From the NCBI GenBank assembly GCA_000091205.1, contig AP006502.2: DNA of 64,000 nucleotides. One strand, given 5' to 3'. Origin of the DNA: Cyanidioschyzon merolae (lineage: Eukaryota). The notes below the pieces were generated by a model, which saw only the letters and a list, made by a program, of their open reading frames with translations, searched no databases and had not been told where the DNA came from. Made by a program: the position numbers and the translations under genes. The stretch's first letter is position 1, and the number at the start of each line of letters is the position of its first letter. Of the stretch, positions 47,701 through 57,004 are shown piece by piece.

Positions 47701-49106
47701 AGACAAAGTGCTCGAGTCCGTGGTTCCTTGTTCGTAGACTCGGCGCGCGACAAGTGATCGACTAAACCAATCGTCAAAATCAGGTTGTCCACTTGCACGG
47801 GTCGCAGTGCTTTCGCTGGATGATCAGCCAGGAACAAGAGCGGACAGAGCTTTGGGATGCAACCAGCCTCGGCGAAGAGCGTCGCGATCGCCGGATCACC
47901 ATCCAGCAAAATATCCATAAAAATCAGACAGTCTCGCGTGACCAAGTCCATGACGTCTGACGTGGACGCCAACACCATCGGTACATGTTGTTGCTGTCGT
48001 AGACTCTCGTCGGATGCAGATGTTCTCGCTAGCGACTCTGACTGCGGGCGGCCGGATGCTGGAAAGCCATCCGTATCATCTGTTTCTGAGTTATCGTCGG
48101 CATCGCCGTTTTCAGCAGGTGCGTATCTCCGAGATATCTGAACCTCATCGCTCTGCTCATCGACATGGACACTGACTTCCTCATAGCGTGCCTTGTCGAT
48201 CATTTCGAACAAAAGTTCGAAAATATTTTCAAAAGCAAGTATTCTCTGGATTTCCCCGCTGTTGCGCGAGAGCTCCATGACGAGACGGAGGCCGTAGGTT
48301 CGTACCACCTCGCGCGGGTCCCGCAGTAAATCCATCATTCGCGAGACTCCTCGCGGGCAGCGAAGAACGGCTTTCTGTAATGGTGGCAGGGCATGCCTCG
48401 CGATATGCGTCAGCAAGTCGGACACCTGAAGCCGAACGGAGTAGTCACCGTCTGCGAGCAAGTCGAGCAGGCACGGTACAAGACCCAGTCCCGCTCGCTC
48501 GGAAGCGGTGACGGGTGGACTGGCGGCACCGAGCATCATAGACACAGCGGTGCGTATCGTGGACGCTGTGTCGGCACTCCACTTCCGCCAAATGTCTTCG
48601 TTTCGGTGCAACGGCGCAACGGCTTCCTTCGATTGGCAGCTGGTATTGCTTCGACGTCGCACGAGCGAACGCCTCTCTGAAGAGGCGGCCTGCGTGCTGT
48701 CCTCGAGCGAGCCCGCAAGACTCACGGTCGGCGCACAGAGAAGCAGTTGTAGCAAAGCGAGCGTACTTTGGATAAGTTCAGACTCCGTCCTGTCCTGCTC
48801 GAGGATAGCTCCCAGAAGAGGCACGCCCTTCGTTACCAACTCTTCCCGGAGGCTCAGCGCGACCCGCAGCGCTTCTGAGACCTCGTCACAGGCATCAGCA
48901 TCAGCCTGCTCTAAGAGCTCGGCGACCTTATCGTCTGCCGCAGTCACCCGTCGGAGCAGGACCTCGACACACTGGAGACGTTCAGAGGGAAACCGCCCAC
49001 AATGCAGCCGGTGTATAATCAGGTCGAGCGCTTCTGTAACACCAGAGGTGGCCGGATTACGGTCAGCTCCAGCAACGTAGCGCGCTGCCTTGGTGATCAA
49101 GTTCAT
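41742..49106 (-). CDS. USO1: General vesicular transport factor p115 / Uso1-like golgin with an unusually long coiled-coil tail (2454 aa)
   Basis: The N-terminal armadillo region aligns to p115 (SRMMDLLRDPREVVRTYGLRLVMELSRNSGEIQRILAFENIFELLFEMI versus SRLMDLLADSREVIRNDGVLLLQALTRSNGAIQKIVAFENAFERLLDII). About 1500 aa of heptad-rich coiled coil follow, with polyD acidic tracts. The ATG at 49104-49106 was verified. Confidence 0.8.
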   Translation of the reverse strand: MNLITKAARYVAGADRNPATSGVTEALDLIIHRLHCGRFPSERLQCVEVLLRRVTAADDKVAELLEQADADACDEVSEALRVALSLREELVTKGVPLLGAILEQDRTESELIQSTLALLQLLLCAPTVSLAGSLEDSTQAASSERRSLVRRRSNTSCQSKEAVAPLHRNEDIWRKWSADTASTIRTAVSMMLGAASPPVTASERAGLGLVPCLLDLLADGDYSVRLQVSDLLTHIARHALPPLQKAVLRCPRGVSRMMDLLRDPREVVRTYGLRLVMELSRNSGEIQRILAFENIFELLFEMIDKARYEEVSVHVDEQSDEVQISRRYAPAENGDADDNSETDDTDGFPASGRPQSESLARTSASDESLRQQQHVPMVLASTSDVMDLVTRDCLIFMDILLDGDPAIATLFAEAGCIPKLCPLLFLADHPAKALRPVQVDNLILTIGLVDHLSRAESTNKEPRTRALCLHYGVTESIARLICSARNADAVVVQGLLTLGRLSRDHVATLSFLHGLWVVVAEVDDSSQARTSRAPNGKEVHTLFLAFVLDMMTEHASQELRAAAFCFLSMVWLESESGLCWFTWMLADKRQTCGAVDPASSNPHASEVLKDVESIDERTAHALQRVVSELLGVAVGWPDEADPAAVLYACSLLASWMVRCCAQGSSVADQDPLLMPVSRYRVVLGAGALTGECSAGEPLFMKLLRTLGRAVRENSPPLVRLALLLLLCCWLYVSDRARQKFLSTPLNVPLLMDLVSSSGSRAEGMLFVHIRGLAALAIAECMELECAEAESLVISPRTLVGIVRKRIGLMRFASYLDDVRASAYFAAAITGSPGLLLEQRFARGVLTTESRQGSGLVEELGHMYIFPQELVSIMEPVYDCVQKRLLHEYVEQEVPPSDTEMQGSTLKSAEVGVSASPRNAKEFATPGSLSIDNRHFDDTTNKSSNEIRAMQMRIRELEDMVAQLDEYKRMIRKQDEALLASKEEVEMLRRSLRESQDYADSLLRGSESRFREELRLVRDQLTEREDLVRRLTEQVASLEQALQSRQRDVESISKACEALALENEQLRNAGAHVDDGSSVLPAQHVHSGVFRDPAERTTADHFRSNEAHAYIDETSESSACDITDVRILERALAEERQKNERLMILLNQFEDAERGEDSASELVRIENAHLRERLRALEDYIQSQNRTNTGADGAPSDAVIESAAEDASGSGSASPRYPASEAPPLRSSSEDRFATVLRADTSFDPAIDAGSREQRIADLETQLVSLQKMLERSEEDAYETQQILEEQVIRLEQERDTLRTELASLRSAAERVTTHDQHQRPDVASTGTQTDVLAALQPSESELEAASRVSGERAAQVASMVVSGRVPSADQPPDALIDRWVTGDSLRCEVAPANALAAGTTASGRLSIALDALHNLSNRFDGDLVHVLASLRSMEARVDTLCTRIWRCSAILPAHIPRGSDASVVLSGSAEAKMTLQRTTVGACTAPEVGTCVAPLEALPELFAYALRKNQAIARERAAGYGAFRVEVLILEEILIKGLALGALKDAAVKLFGYLKPGYAEAGPVSHAVGSWQRLEDAFAELRRSETQLAELETQYRSVCDERDRLRSECASLGHAVAAQQAAQTQLAELETQYRNVCDERDRLRSECASLGHAVAAQQAAQTQLAELETQYRNVCDERDSLLEHASRLESVQETCTNLKSELDAHVHEKALLNSRIRSLEEDLAQVSHSFTVLREQHADCDGQTAELQRLEELVQLYQTRIEEYEEALTAATRDRRRLEDLEDSMRTITRRCEELESERRELEISLEQAQADREKLAELEARNRELESKSETRDAELEELSAQVLLLQETLASREDQVQHLQSQVQNLQNALGLEREEALAAEKQYEEISHELQSQLDRVLAEHAETQLAHDECVAELHQTNQRLATAEEQQEALCARIHMIEAEHHRWRRALTDQITGVIDATASEVSACASTVHFWRDKQFAIIDRQLDMLTDQQATLQECELEFDNLQAQIRAVILSAGATGTEQVADSEARRNERSPQPVPAVLAMHGEHDPDDNDGDDDHDDDDDHAESAIRADKAFAGEQHTHQVQLVRDAYERQLAELESRHEASMREMMRVHEQVLQELEEEIEHLRTIALASSHKRAFDEASAPETTQYRASPENDSSASYDVDGPAADPASVDALQRSLVKERMASGDLRQENIRLQTCISALRARLAAWEHAQHPNASGTRASVLAGTPNDDDDDDDDNGDDQVSSREALTDTNLPRLEPAHPSDDTRGSHSQHMETAAELPSSAAAQRDLIAQLEKQIEELIARESRLASAVEMVHDENMLLRKQLAEQHHHDKRAQPQQPWRATHVNELDASGADSSQHAWLPSSAFATASAAVPATGAAVVKAQEQEQDATQVHVDPRAADMEAELWRLREEHNELLICLAEMEMECNAYKERLRKLLQP
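42359..42386. repeat. (GTC)n microsatellite, polyD-coding within USO1
   Basis: gtcgtcgtcgtcgtcgtcgtcgtcg, read directly. Confidence 0.85.
44068..44372. repeat. 114-bp (38-aa) coding tandem repeat, ~2.7 copies, inside the USO1 coiled coil
   Basis: The protein repeat is QLAELETQYR(S/N)VCDERDRLRSECASLGHAVAAQQAAQT, present twice plus a partial copy. The DNA copies are near-identical with period 114. Confidence 0.9.
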
Positions 49107-49951
49107 AAGGGGTCTTCCCTGAGAGGCAACAGCCCTACCGTGTCTATGGCTTCAACGCTAGTTATACGCACGATCCCTGCGCGAGTATAACGTACCGCGC
49201 CTGTCTATCGATGTTGCGTTCGCGCGGCGGGGCGGGCGCTCTGCGGCAGTGCCGGGCACAGCGCTCCTGCGCTCTTCCCGGCACTGCCGCGTTGTGAAGC
49301 ACCGCGCACATCCACGAAAGCCGTGCATGATTCCCGCACCACAGAAAGCACCCCAGACGCGACATCGAAGCCAGTGGATAACGACGCGTTGGTATCGCAA
49401 TATCCGCCTTGCCGATACCGTGGAAAATCCATACTCTGGTGTGTAGCGTCGTGTGGGATCGTGTGGTATACACGAATACGCATGCTTGCTTGGAGGCCTC
49501 GGTGTAGGCCTATCGTTGAATCTCTTCGCCAGCACGCTGCTGGGCGTTGCGCTGTGTGGCAACGGCCGCTATGTCCGCCCCCAGCGCCACCAGGCATGCC
49601 ACAAAACAAAACTCCAGTATGAGCAAGCGCTTCTCTGCGCCAGAAACGCCAGCACCGTTGTGTGGAAAACTGCCGCTCGAATGAGCTTCCTGATGAAGGT
49701 ATGAATACGCTGCGATTGACAAATGCTGCAACGATGGGATGGTTCAGGTGCGGGCGTCCTGCCTATCGATGGGGAACGAGGCCCGACGCATGGGAGCGCT
49801 TCCGCAGTTCCGCAGGCATCGAACGCCTGTGGCGCTGCGGGCGCGGTGCGCCGCATGTCGTTGCGCCCGCTCCAGCAGCCGTGTGTCACCCGAACAGCGT
49901 CCTTCTGGGTAACCCGTGCGTTCTCATTGCTGTGTGCGTTCGCCGGGCTCC

Positions 49952-51457
49952 ATGAATAAAGAAGACGCTGATGCGTGTCTGAAGTTTGCCCATGAGGCAC
50001 TCCGGGACGCTGACCTGGTGAGCGCGCTCAAGTGGGCCCGAAAAGCGTGTCGTTTGCATGATAGCGCTGAAGCGCGGAGTTTACTCGAGACGCTTGAGAA
50101 ATCTGCTCGTCGAACAGGTTTTGTCCTGAACAGTGCAGACCATGACCAAGCTGTGGTTGGTGCGGGAGAAGATGACGCGGCGGGTGCCGGCCAGGTGCCT
50201 CCCGTGAACACCCACGACCGCAGAGGGCAACCTAGCGCTCCTGTTGAAGACGCTGCTGGTGCTGGTGCATCGGGTAAGCGCGAGGCAGACGCGCACGCAA
50301 AGCACCAGCCAAGATCCAACAATTACGTGAACACAGGTGCTAGTCACTCAAACGGTCATTCGCAGGCAGCTTCTGAAGAGGCAGCGAGCGCTGCTTCGCA
50401 TACGCGCACGCAAAAGCCGCAACCTGCCCAAACATCGAGACAGCGCTCTAGCCGATCTCCTTCGCAGCGACCTTCGACCTCACGCGAAGATATTGCAGAA
50501 ATACTGAATGCTCGAGATCTCTACCGAGTATTATCTGTGGAGCGAAACGCATCTGACGACGACCTTCGCCGTGCCTATCGCCGACTCGCATTGCGCTTTC
50601 ATCCGGACAAGAACAGCGAGCCGGGCGCCGACGCTGCGTTCAAGCGCATTGCACACGCTTTTCAGACGTTGTCCAACCCGGACCGGCGTCGACTCTACGA
50701 TCAGACTGGCATTGACGACGAGCAGTCTGCGCTGAGGTACCAACAAGCACAGGCTCAGGCAGAGCACCACGCGGATGTGTTTTTCATGACAGGCTCGTCA
50801 TCTTTTCACGGCGCACGTGGTGCCCGCATCTATACCCCGGACGCTTTTGACGGTTTCTTTTTTGGACCTGGAGAAATGAGTGCCGAAGAGCTTTTTGAGG
50901 CGTTCTTCTACGGCGGCTTTGGGGCCGGCATGCCCATGTCGTACTTGGCACAACGCCGGGCAGCGTTTTTGTCGCGAGCACGACAACAGCGCCAACGTGG
51001 CCACCCGTCCGCAGCGGGAAACGCGGGTCATGCTCGTCGACTTGGCATGTTTTGGCACTTTATGCCCTTTCTGATTTTTCTTTTCTTACCGTACATACTC
51101 TCCGCACTCGCACCTCTGCCCAGTTTTGTACTGGAGCCACAAGGCGCGTTTCGTTGGGAACGACGCACCACGGACACCAATCTTCCGTATTTCGTTCGCG
51201 ATGAAGCGCATAAGCGACAGAAGGAGCAGCATATCGAACTTGAGCGCAGGGTTGAACGGGAATGGCTCCAGCGATACGCCGATTCATGTCGCGCAAGACG
51301 GCGGGAACAGGCGCAACTACTTGGCTTTGCTCGACGCGCATGGACACATCGCTCGCGAACTGCTTACGAGAATGCTGCCGAGGCCGTGCCAATGCACGAT
51401 TGCGAATCCTTTGAGCATCTACGTCTTAGGTTAGCGAACACATCCCGTTCCCGTTGA
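49952..51457 (+). CDS. Membrane-anchored J-protein of the DNAJB12/DNAJB14/Hlj1 class (J-domain, TM helix and DUF1977-like C-terminus)
   Basis: The N-terminus MNKEDADACLKFAHEALRDADLVSALKWARKA resembles DNAJB12. The J-domain reads DLYRVLSVERNASDDDLRRAYRRLALRFHPDKN. The hydrophobic segment is LGMFWHFMPFLIFLFLPYILSALAPLP. The track start at 49916 is GTG; the first ATG is at 49952. Confidence 0.75.
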   Translation: MNKEDADACLKFAHEALRDADLVSALKWARKACRLHDSAEARSLLETLEKSARRTGFVLNSADHDQAVVGAGEDDAAGAGQVPPVNTHDRRGQPSAPVEDAAGAGASGKREADAHAKHQPRSNNYVNTGASHSNGHSQAASEEAASAASHTRTQKPQPAQTSRQRSSRSPSQRPSTSREDIAEILNARDLYRVLSVERNASDDDLRRAYRRLALRFHPDKNSEPGADAAFKRIAHAFQTLSNPDRRRLYDQTGIDDEQSALRYQQAQAQAEHHADVFFMTGSSSFHGARGARIYTPDAFDGFFFGPGEMSAEELFEAFFYGGFGAGMPMSYLAQRRAAFLSRARQQRQRGHPSAAGNAGHARRLGMFWHFMPFLIFLFLPYILSALAPLPSFVLEPQGAFRWERRTTDTNLPYFVRDEAHKRQKEQHIELERRVEREWLQRYADSCRARRREQAQLLGFARRAWTHRSRTAYENAAEAVPMHDCESFEHLRLRLANTSRSR

Positions 51458-52930
51458 AGCACTAGCGCTACGTTCGTAGGCGCTCGCACACGCGAATCTG
51501 CATCATCGCGTAGCGCTCACGCTCATCGCCCGAATACGCTCATGGCTACGCGAACATTCATACAATCGTCAGGGCTGCCTGTCTTGCGAGTGCCTTTCAC
51601 ACGCGTGCTCGCTCACGGGTATGCTGCATACCTGCTCTGGTGCGTGGCTGTCTCTGATCTACGGCACGGTAGCGAGATGGTGTCGCGAATACACTTTAGA
51701 AGAGGTCTGCGCGCATTCGGGCTCTGCACATGTATACCAAGCCTCGGTGACGCCTCGTCTATTTCCTGAAGCGCATCAGATGCAAGTATGCAGTCATAGC
51801 GGCCTCTGACGGACTTGCGGTACCATCCGAGGTTCATATTCTCGATGCCTGCATGCTACGAGGGCACTGCAACTGGCTCAGTGGTGCATACGTTTCAGCC
51901 GGTGAGCAAATGCTCAGCAGTTGCTCGTCGAGATTTGTTTCGGAAGCAATAGAAGCCCCCTGTACATTCTAAACGGTGCTCGTTGTACAAGTATTGCATA
52001 GCGCTTGGTTCAGAGTCGGTACGGATTTCTTTCCGCCTGCGGAGGCGCCGCGGCCGTTCCGAGCGCTGCTTAGCTATCGGATGCCTGCAAAGCATAACGT
52101 GTCGGTGCTTTGAACGCTCGTTTCGTGCTTCTTGTTCCAGTGATTCCAGAACGAATTCATGGTATCTGAAGACGAGTCTCGAGGGCACAGTTCCATCAGA
52201 GGGCATACAATGAGCACGACAAGCTTTACGCGTGCGTTCTACGCTCGATACATCGCGACTAGGGTCCGAATTCGGCACTTGCCTCTCACATTGAAGCGGA
52301 ATCGAGTTGGGCACTGTTACCAGTGTCCAAACGTACATCATGAGCGTCTTGGAAGCCACTTGTGGAACCTGTCGAGACTCTTGCGGCCAACTGAAGTACG
52401 TCGCGAGCAGGCGTCAACAGCAAGCGGCGCCAGTGCTGGCGTAAACTCGAACCGGAGACATTCAGTGTACACTGTAACGTTTTCGAGGGGTTCGTGACCA
52501 GACTGAGAGGAGGTCAACGCACTGTCCCGTTTCGTCACGCGAGAGACGTTTCAAGTCACGGCCCAGAGGCAAAGCACTCCTACGCAGCTTCCGTGCCTAA
52601 GATTCTTGATGCTTCACAAAACTTATATTTTCCTGGGTCCCGTTTATAACAAGAGTCATATTACACTACAGTCGGGCACGAGATACTGGAATGGAACACG
52701 ACAGCCCCACCATGTGTGAGCGTGCCTGAGCGTTATCGCTTCGCGCACTCTGGAACGGTGGACTCTCACATCCCCAAGGACGGCAAAAGATCACACAAAG
52801 GCAGTCCTATTTGTACACATATATACGATGATGATCCGTTTCGCGGGCATCATGCGCTGCATACACGGTCTCGCACCAGCGCTGACGTCCCGCAAGACAT
52901 CTAGGTCCTGCGAGGCGCGGTTCAGTGCTG

Positions 52931-55897
52931 ATGTGGGCGCTATTCGAAAGAAAAGTCGAATGGAGCGCTCTTCACTCGGCTCACGCTTTTCATCTTGATA
53001 AGTATACTATAGATAGTTTGTTCCGTAGCGATTCCTTGGCGAAATCGGGGCAGTTGCACTTGGGGGCTCGGCACGGGTACACGAGCGGCACCGCTGTGCG
53101 GCAAGGCGAGTTGAGCTGGGTGTCGCCGGTTTGTTCGGGACTATTCGTAGCGCTCTCTGGGCGTTTAGTACAGAGACAGTGTTCTGGATGGAACGGTTTT
53201 GCGGCCGCACCGAGGCGTAGGCGTCGCGGCCAGCGCTGCGTTCTAAGCGTCAATCAACCTAAGGAAGAGCCGTCACCGCAACGAGCGCCACCTGCACACC
53301 CAGCGCCAACGCTACATCAGCCGCAGCCGCTGCCACTACAGCAGCAGAATCAGCAGCAACCTCAACAGGCAACGGTGAACGCGTCACCGCTGTCGCTGTC
53401 GCCTTCGCTGCAGCAAGCGGAACAGCACTCGGCGCCCAAGTCGAGCACAACCCGCGTGCCAGCCTACAGCGCTCCGGTTGAACAGACCTTCCCAAGCCCA
53501 GACACCAGTACTGGCGAGCCTCTGAAATCTGAAAAGAATGGGAACACGTCTGCAACAGGGAAACATGCTTGCGAAGCCGATGCTACGCTGGACGCTATCT
53601 CCGCTAAAGTGATGCGAGAAATCCTGGGACCTCTCGTTGCTTATCTGGGCCCAGTGCCGTGCTTCAGCATTGAGCAGGCATTAAGTTTTGTGCTTAAGAG
53701 TCGCGCCGCCAAGGGAGAACATGTGTCTGAAGCTAGCCTCGAGCGCGCCACCGGGATCACGAGTATTCTCGCAGAACTCCAAATGGATAGCGATACGATT
53801 ATCGCGGGAATCTTGACGGAGCTCGTGGAGAGTGGCGTTGCATCCCTGGCCTCCATCGCGGAGCAGTTTGGCAATGCTGTTGCGCGCCTCATTGAGGGCG
53901 AGGCAAAAGTCAGCCGCCTACCTGAAATGGCCGAGAGTCCGATAGCTGATGAAAACGTTGAAAACCTACGCCAAATGTTCATCGCCATGGCTTCCGATTT
54001 TCGTATCATCGTTATCAAGCTCGCAGCTCGCCTGCACACCATGCGAACACTGCAGACGCTCCCAGCAGAGCGCCAACGACGAATCGCTCGGGAAACACTG
54101 GACATCTTTGCACCGCTAGCGCACCGCCTAGGAATCTGGTCAGTGAAGAGCCACTTGGAGAATCTCGCCTTTCTCTATCTCTACCCCGAAGAGTACCGGA
54201 AGATTCGGTCTCATATCGAGGGGCGCATGCCCTCCTACAAACGGATTCTGGAGGAGAGCAAAGCGCGCCTCGAGCATGCGCTGAGCAGCGATCCAATCCT
54301 CAGGCGCACGGTTAGTCGTATTGAGGTTGCAGCGCGTTCCAAGGAAATCTATTCCATTTGGCAGAAACTACAACGCGGACGCGCACAGCGCCTGGATCAT
54401 ATATACGACCTGGTTGCGTTGCGGGTGACGATTGATCCGCGCGAGGACCTGTCCGTAGTCGGCACGAGCGGTACAAATGAAATGGATCGAGATGAGGCCG
54501 AGAAAACGCGGCTCCGCGATGACGAGAATGGGCTCTGCTATTACGTGCTCGGTATCGTCCATCAACTGTGGCACCCCGTTCCCGGACGTGTGAAGGACTA
54601 CATCGCTTTTCCGAAACCGAATGGCTATCAGTCACTGCACACCACGGTCGTGGTAGACAACGGCTCCGATCAGGCACCGCTCGAGGTTCAAATTCGAACC
54701 CGGGCGATGGATCGCACAGCAGAGTACGGTATGGCTGCACACTGGTACTTCAAGGAACATGACCAACTGACGGCCGCCGCGTCCAACTCCTGGTTAACGA
54801 GCATTCAAGAGTGGAATCTGGATATCCAGTCTTCTCACGAATTTGTGGAACTTGTAAGACGCGAATTGCTCGGCAACCGGGTTTTTGTGTTCGTGAACGA
54901 TACGAATACCGAGAACGCGACCCGCATCCTGAATCTACCTCGAGGGTCCACGGTGGTGGATGTTGCATTCGCGATCAGCGCAGATGCCGGGTACCGCATG
55001 ATCGCGGCGAAAGTGAATGGCTCGATGGTACCCATGAACTACGTTCTCCAAAATGCGGACATGATCCAGATCGTGCGGAGCAAGTACTCACCAGGTCCCA
55101 GCTTGGAGTGGGTCCAGTACGCGAAGACGAGGCTTGCGCAGCATGCGCTGCGGCAGTTTTTCGCCCGTTGGCAAGGTGAGACGGAGCTTCCAAAACATTT
55201 TACGAGTGCTGCGGATCCGGACCTCGAGTCTGGGAGTAGCGCAAACGACAAGAATGGTGAGCCAGGTATCGACGGGAACTCGTCGAAAGCGGCTTCTAAT
55301 GAGGAACGCCAGTTCCGCTGGGATCGTTCACAGCGCAGCGAAGACGCCGTGAACAGCTTCCTAAGTAGCATGAAGCCAGAAGACCTTCTCGATGATATGT
55401 GCTTACAAATCTCGCCTGCTCAACTCGTTTTCGAGGACGGACTCGAAATCGCTTCCGCGTCCATGGCGCGCTGCTGCCTGCCTCTGCCGAGCGACAAAAT
55501 TTTCGGTGTCATCGCAGACGGTGCCAGTCAGGTGGAAATTCATCGACAGGGATGCGCAGTAGGGCAGCGCGCCCTAGTGCAGACCAGCGGCGCGCGCAAA
55601 CTCTCCGTCCAGTGGCAGAGCCCAGCGCGTAGCGGGACCACGCGTGCAGCACGGCTTCCCGCTTGTCTGAAAGTGACCTGCATTGATCGAAATGGCCTTC
55701 TCAGCGATGTCAGTCGGGCAGTTATTGAAAAAGGCATCACAATTCTGTCGACCCGAAGCACCTCTACGCAGAACACAGCTTACCTGGAGTACTGCGTTGC
55801 TGTCATCAATCGAACTGAACTTGATTCCTTATGTGCCGCCCTGCGCGATATCCCTGGGGTTGTCACCGTGGAAGACGGCTTGGCGCCGCACGTCTAA
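52931..55897 (+). CDS. Long RelA/SpoT homologue (RSH): degenerate HD hydrolase, intact (p)ppGpp synthetase, TGS and ACT domains, with a ~230-aa N-terminal extension
   Basis: The synthetase motifs are present: RSKEIYSIWQKLQRG, DLVALRVTI, GYQSLHTTV and EVQIRTRAMDRTAEYGMAAHWYFKE. The HD region aligns to SpoT, but the catalytic HD reads TE (IIAGILTELVESG). A TGS-like segment (RVFVFVNDTNTE ... VNGSMVPMNYVLQNADMIQIV) and a C-terminal ACT domain (LKVTCIDRNGLLSDVSRAVIEKGITIL) follow. The N-terminal extension is Q/P-rich. Confidence 0.85.
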   Translation: MWALFERKVEWSALHSAHAFHLDKYTIDSLFRSDSLAKSGQLHLGARHGYTSGTAVRQGELSWVSPVCSGLFVALSGRLVQRQCSGWNGFAAAPRRRRRGQRCVLSVNQPKEEPSPQRAPPAHPAPTLHQPQPLPLQQQNQQQPQQATVNASPLSLSPSLQQAEQHSAPKSSTTRVPAYSAPVEQTFPSPDTSTGEPLKSEKNGNTSATGKHACEADATLDAISAKVMREILGPLVAYLGPVPCFSIEQALSFVLKSRAAKGEHVSEASLERATGITSILAELQMDSDTIIAGILTELVESGVASLASIAEQFGNAVARLIEGEAKVSRLPEMAESPIADENVENLRQMFIAMASDFRIIVIKLAARLHTMRTLQTLPAERQRRIARETLDIFAPLAHRLGIWSVKSHLENLAFLYLYPEEYRKIRSHIEGRMPSYKRILEESKARLEHALSSDPILRRTVSRIEVAARSKEIYSIWQKLQRGRAQRLDHIYDLVALRVTIDPREDLSVVGTSGTNEMDRDEAEKTRLRDDENGLCYYVLGIVHQLWHPVPGRVKDYIAFPKPNGYQSLHTTVVVDNGSDQAPLEVQIRTRAMDRTAEYGMAAHWYFKEHDQLTAAASNSWLTSIQEWNLDIQSSHEFVELVRRELLGNRVFVFVNDTNTENATRILNLPRGSTVVDVAFAISADAGYRMIAAKVNGSMVPMNYVLQNADMIQIVRSKYSPGPSLEWVQYAKTRLAQHALRQFFARWQGETELPKHFTSAADPDLESGSSANDKNGEPGIDGNSSKAASNEERQFRWDRSQRSEDAVNSFLSSMKPEDLLDDMCLQISPAQLVFEDGLEIASASMARCCLPLPSDKIFGVIADGASQVEIHRQGCAVGQRALVQTSGARKLSVQWQSPARSGTTRAARLPACLKVTCIDRNGLLSDVSRAVIEKGITILSTRSTSTQNTAYLEYCVAVINRTELDSLCAALRDIPGVVTVEDGLAPHV

Positions 55898-57004
55898 GCG
55901 GCGTTCGCACGACGCTTCGCCTTCAAAGTCCGCCGTCCCGTGCGTCGAGGAGCATCTCGAGAAGCGGAAATCGCCGCGCTTTTCGCCAACAGGTTGCCAG
56001 TGTCGCGTCGCAAGCAGACAGACACTGAGTGATTCGGGGGGAAACATCAGAACTGACGGCGGCGACGGCAACATCGAAGTCGTTTTAGCAGCAGTACCAG
56101 CATCTGTTCAACGTTTGGAGCCAACACACAACGCAGTGTGGACCGACCGGGACGCGTGCCCAGACAACAGCACGATTACCCGCCATCGCCATCGATATTC
56201 ACGGGGAAACGAAACCTGCATCGTCATTGCCAGGTTGACGCGTCCGATGATACGGATACCGGTGCGGCACGCGTCGCGAACCCAGTACACCATGAACACG
56301 CTCCGAGCCGCTTCTCGGTAACGCCGCCAGCCGACGAACCGCTGATTCAGCAAGAGCACCACGAACAACACGAATCATTACCATTAGCGCAGGATTCAGT
56401 AGTTCATTCTTCGAAAGCGTCCAAAATCTCTTCCGAAACTTCAGTAAGGCTGGGTGCATCGCAGAGGCTGCGGTTCAGCAGCGACGATGATGCGTGCACG
56501 GAGCGATTCAGCGGCACGCATGATGCTCGTTGTTTGATGTTCGTACGCTGCACAGAGGGCGGCGTCCAGTATCCGCAGGCACCTTTCGCCTCGTTATCCT
56601 GCGGATGTTTATGAACCATGCGGAACAGAGGCTCAAAGCATTCCACGCAAAGCTGGGTCACGATGCGCGCACCGAAGACACCCGGCATCCTGCACTACTG
56701 TACCGATAGTGCATGTCGCTCCGTAGGAGGCGCAATGGATACAGGCTTCAAGGGCAAGGGCGGCATGCCAGTATGTTCGGCAATGTGCATGCGCTCCGCA
56801 GGCTGGCTTCGGAGCTGCACGCACTGGTGGTGGCATCGACAGAGGGCCAGCATCGAAGTGAGCGTCGCCGCCTCCGCAGCAGGCGCGTTGCGGCGACGCG
56901 CAGTTCCAGGATGCATCCGAGGATGCGTGCTGCCACGAGCGCTATGACGCAGTGTCCGGAATGTCTCACTGGGCATGCGCCTGCATGCAGCATGCCTCCG
57001 GTAC

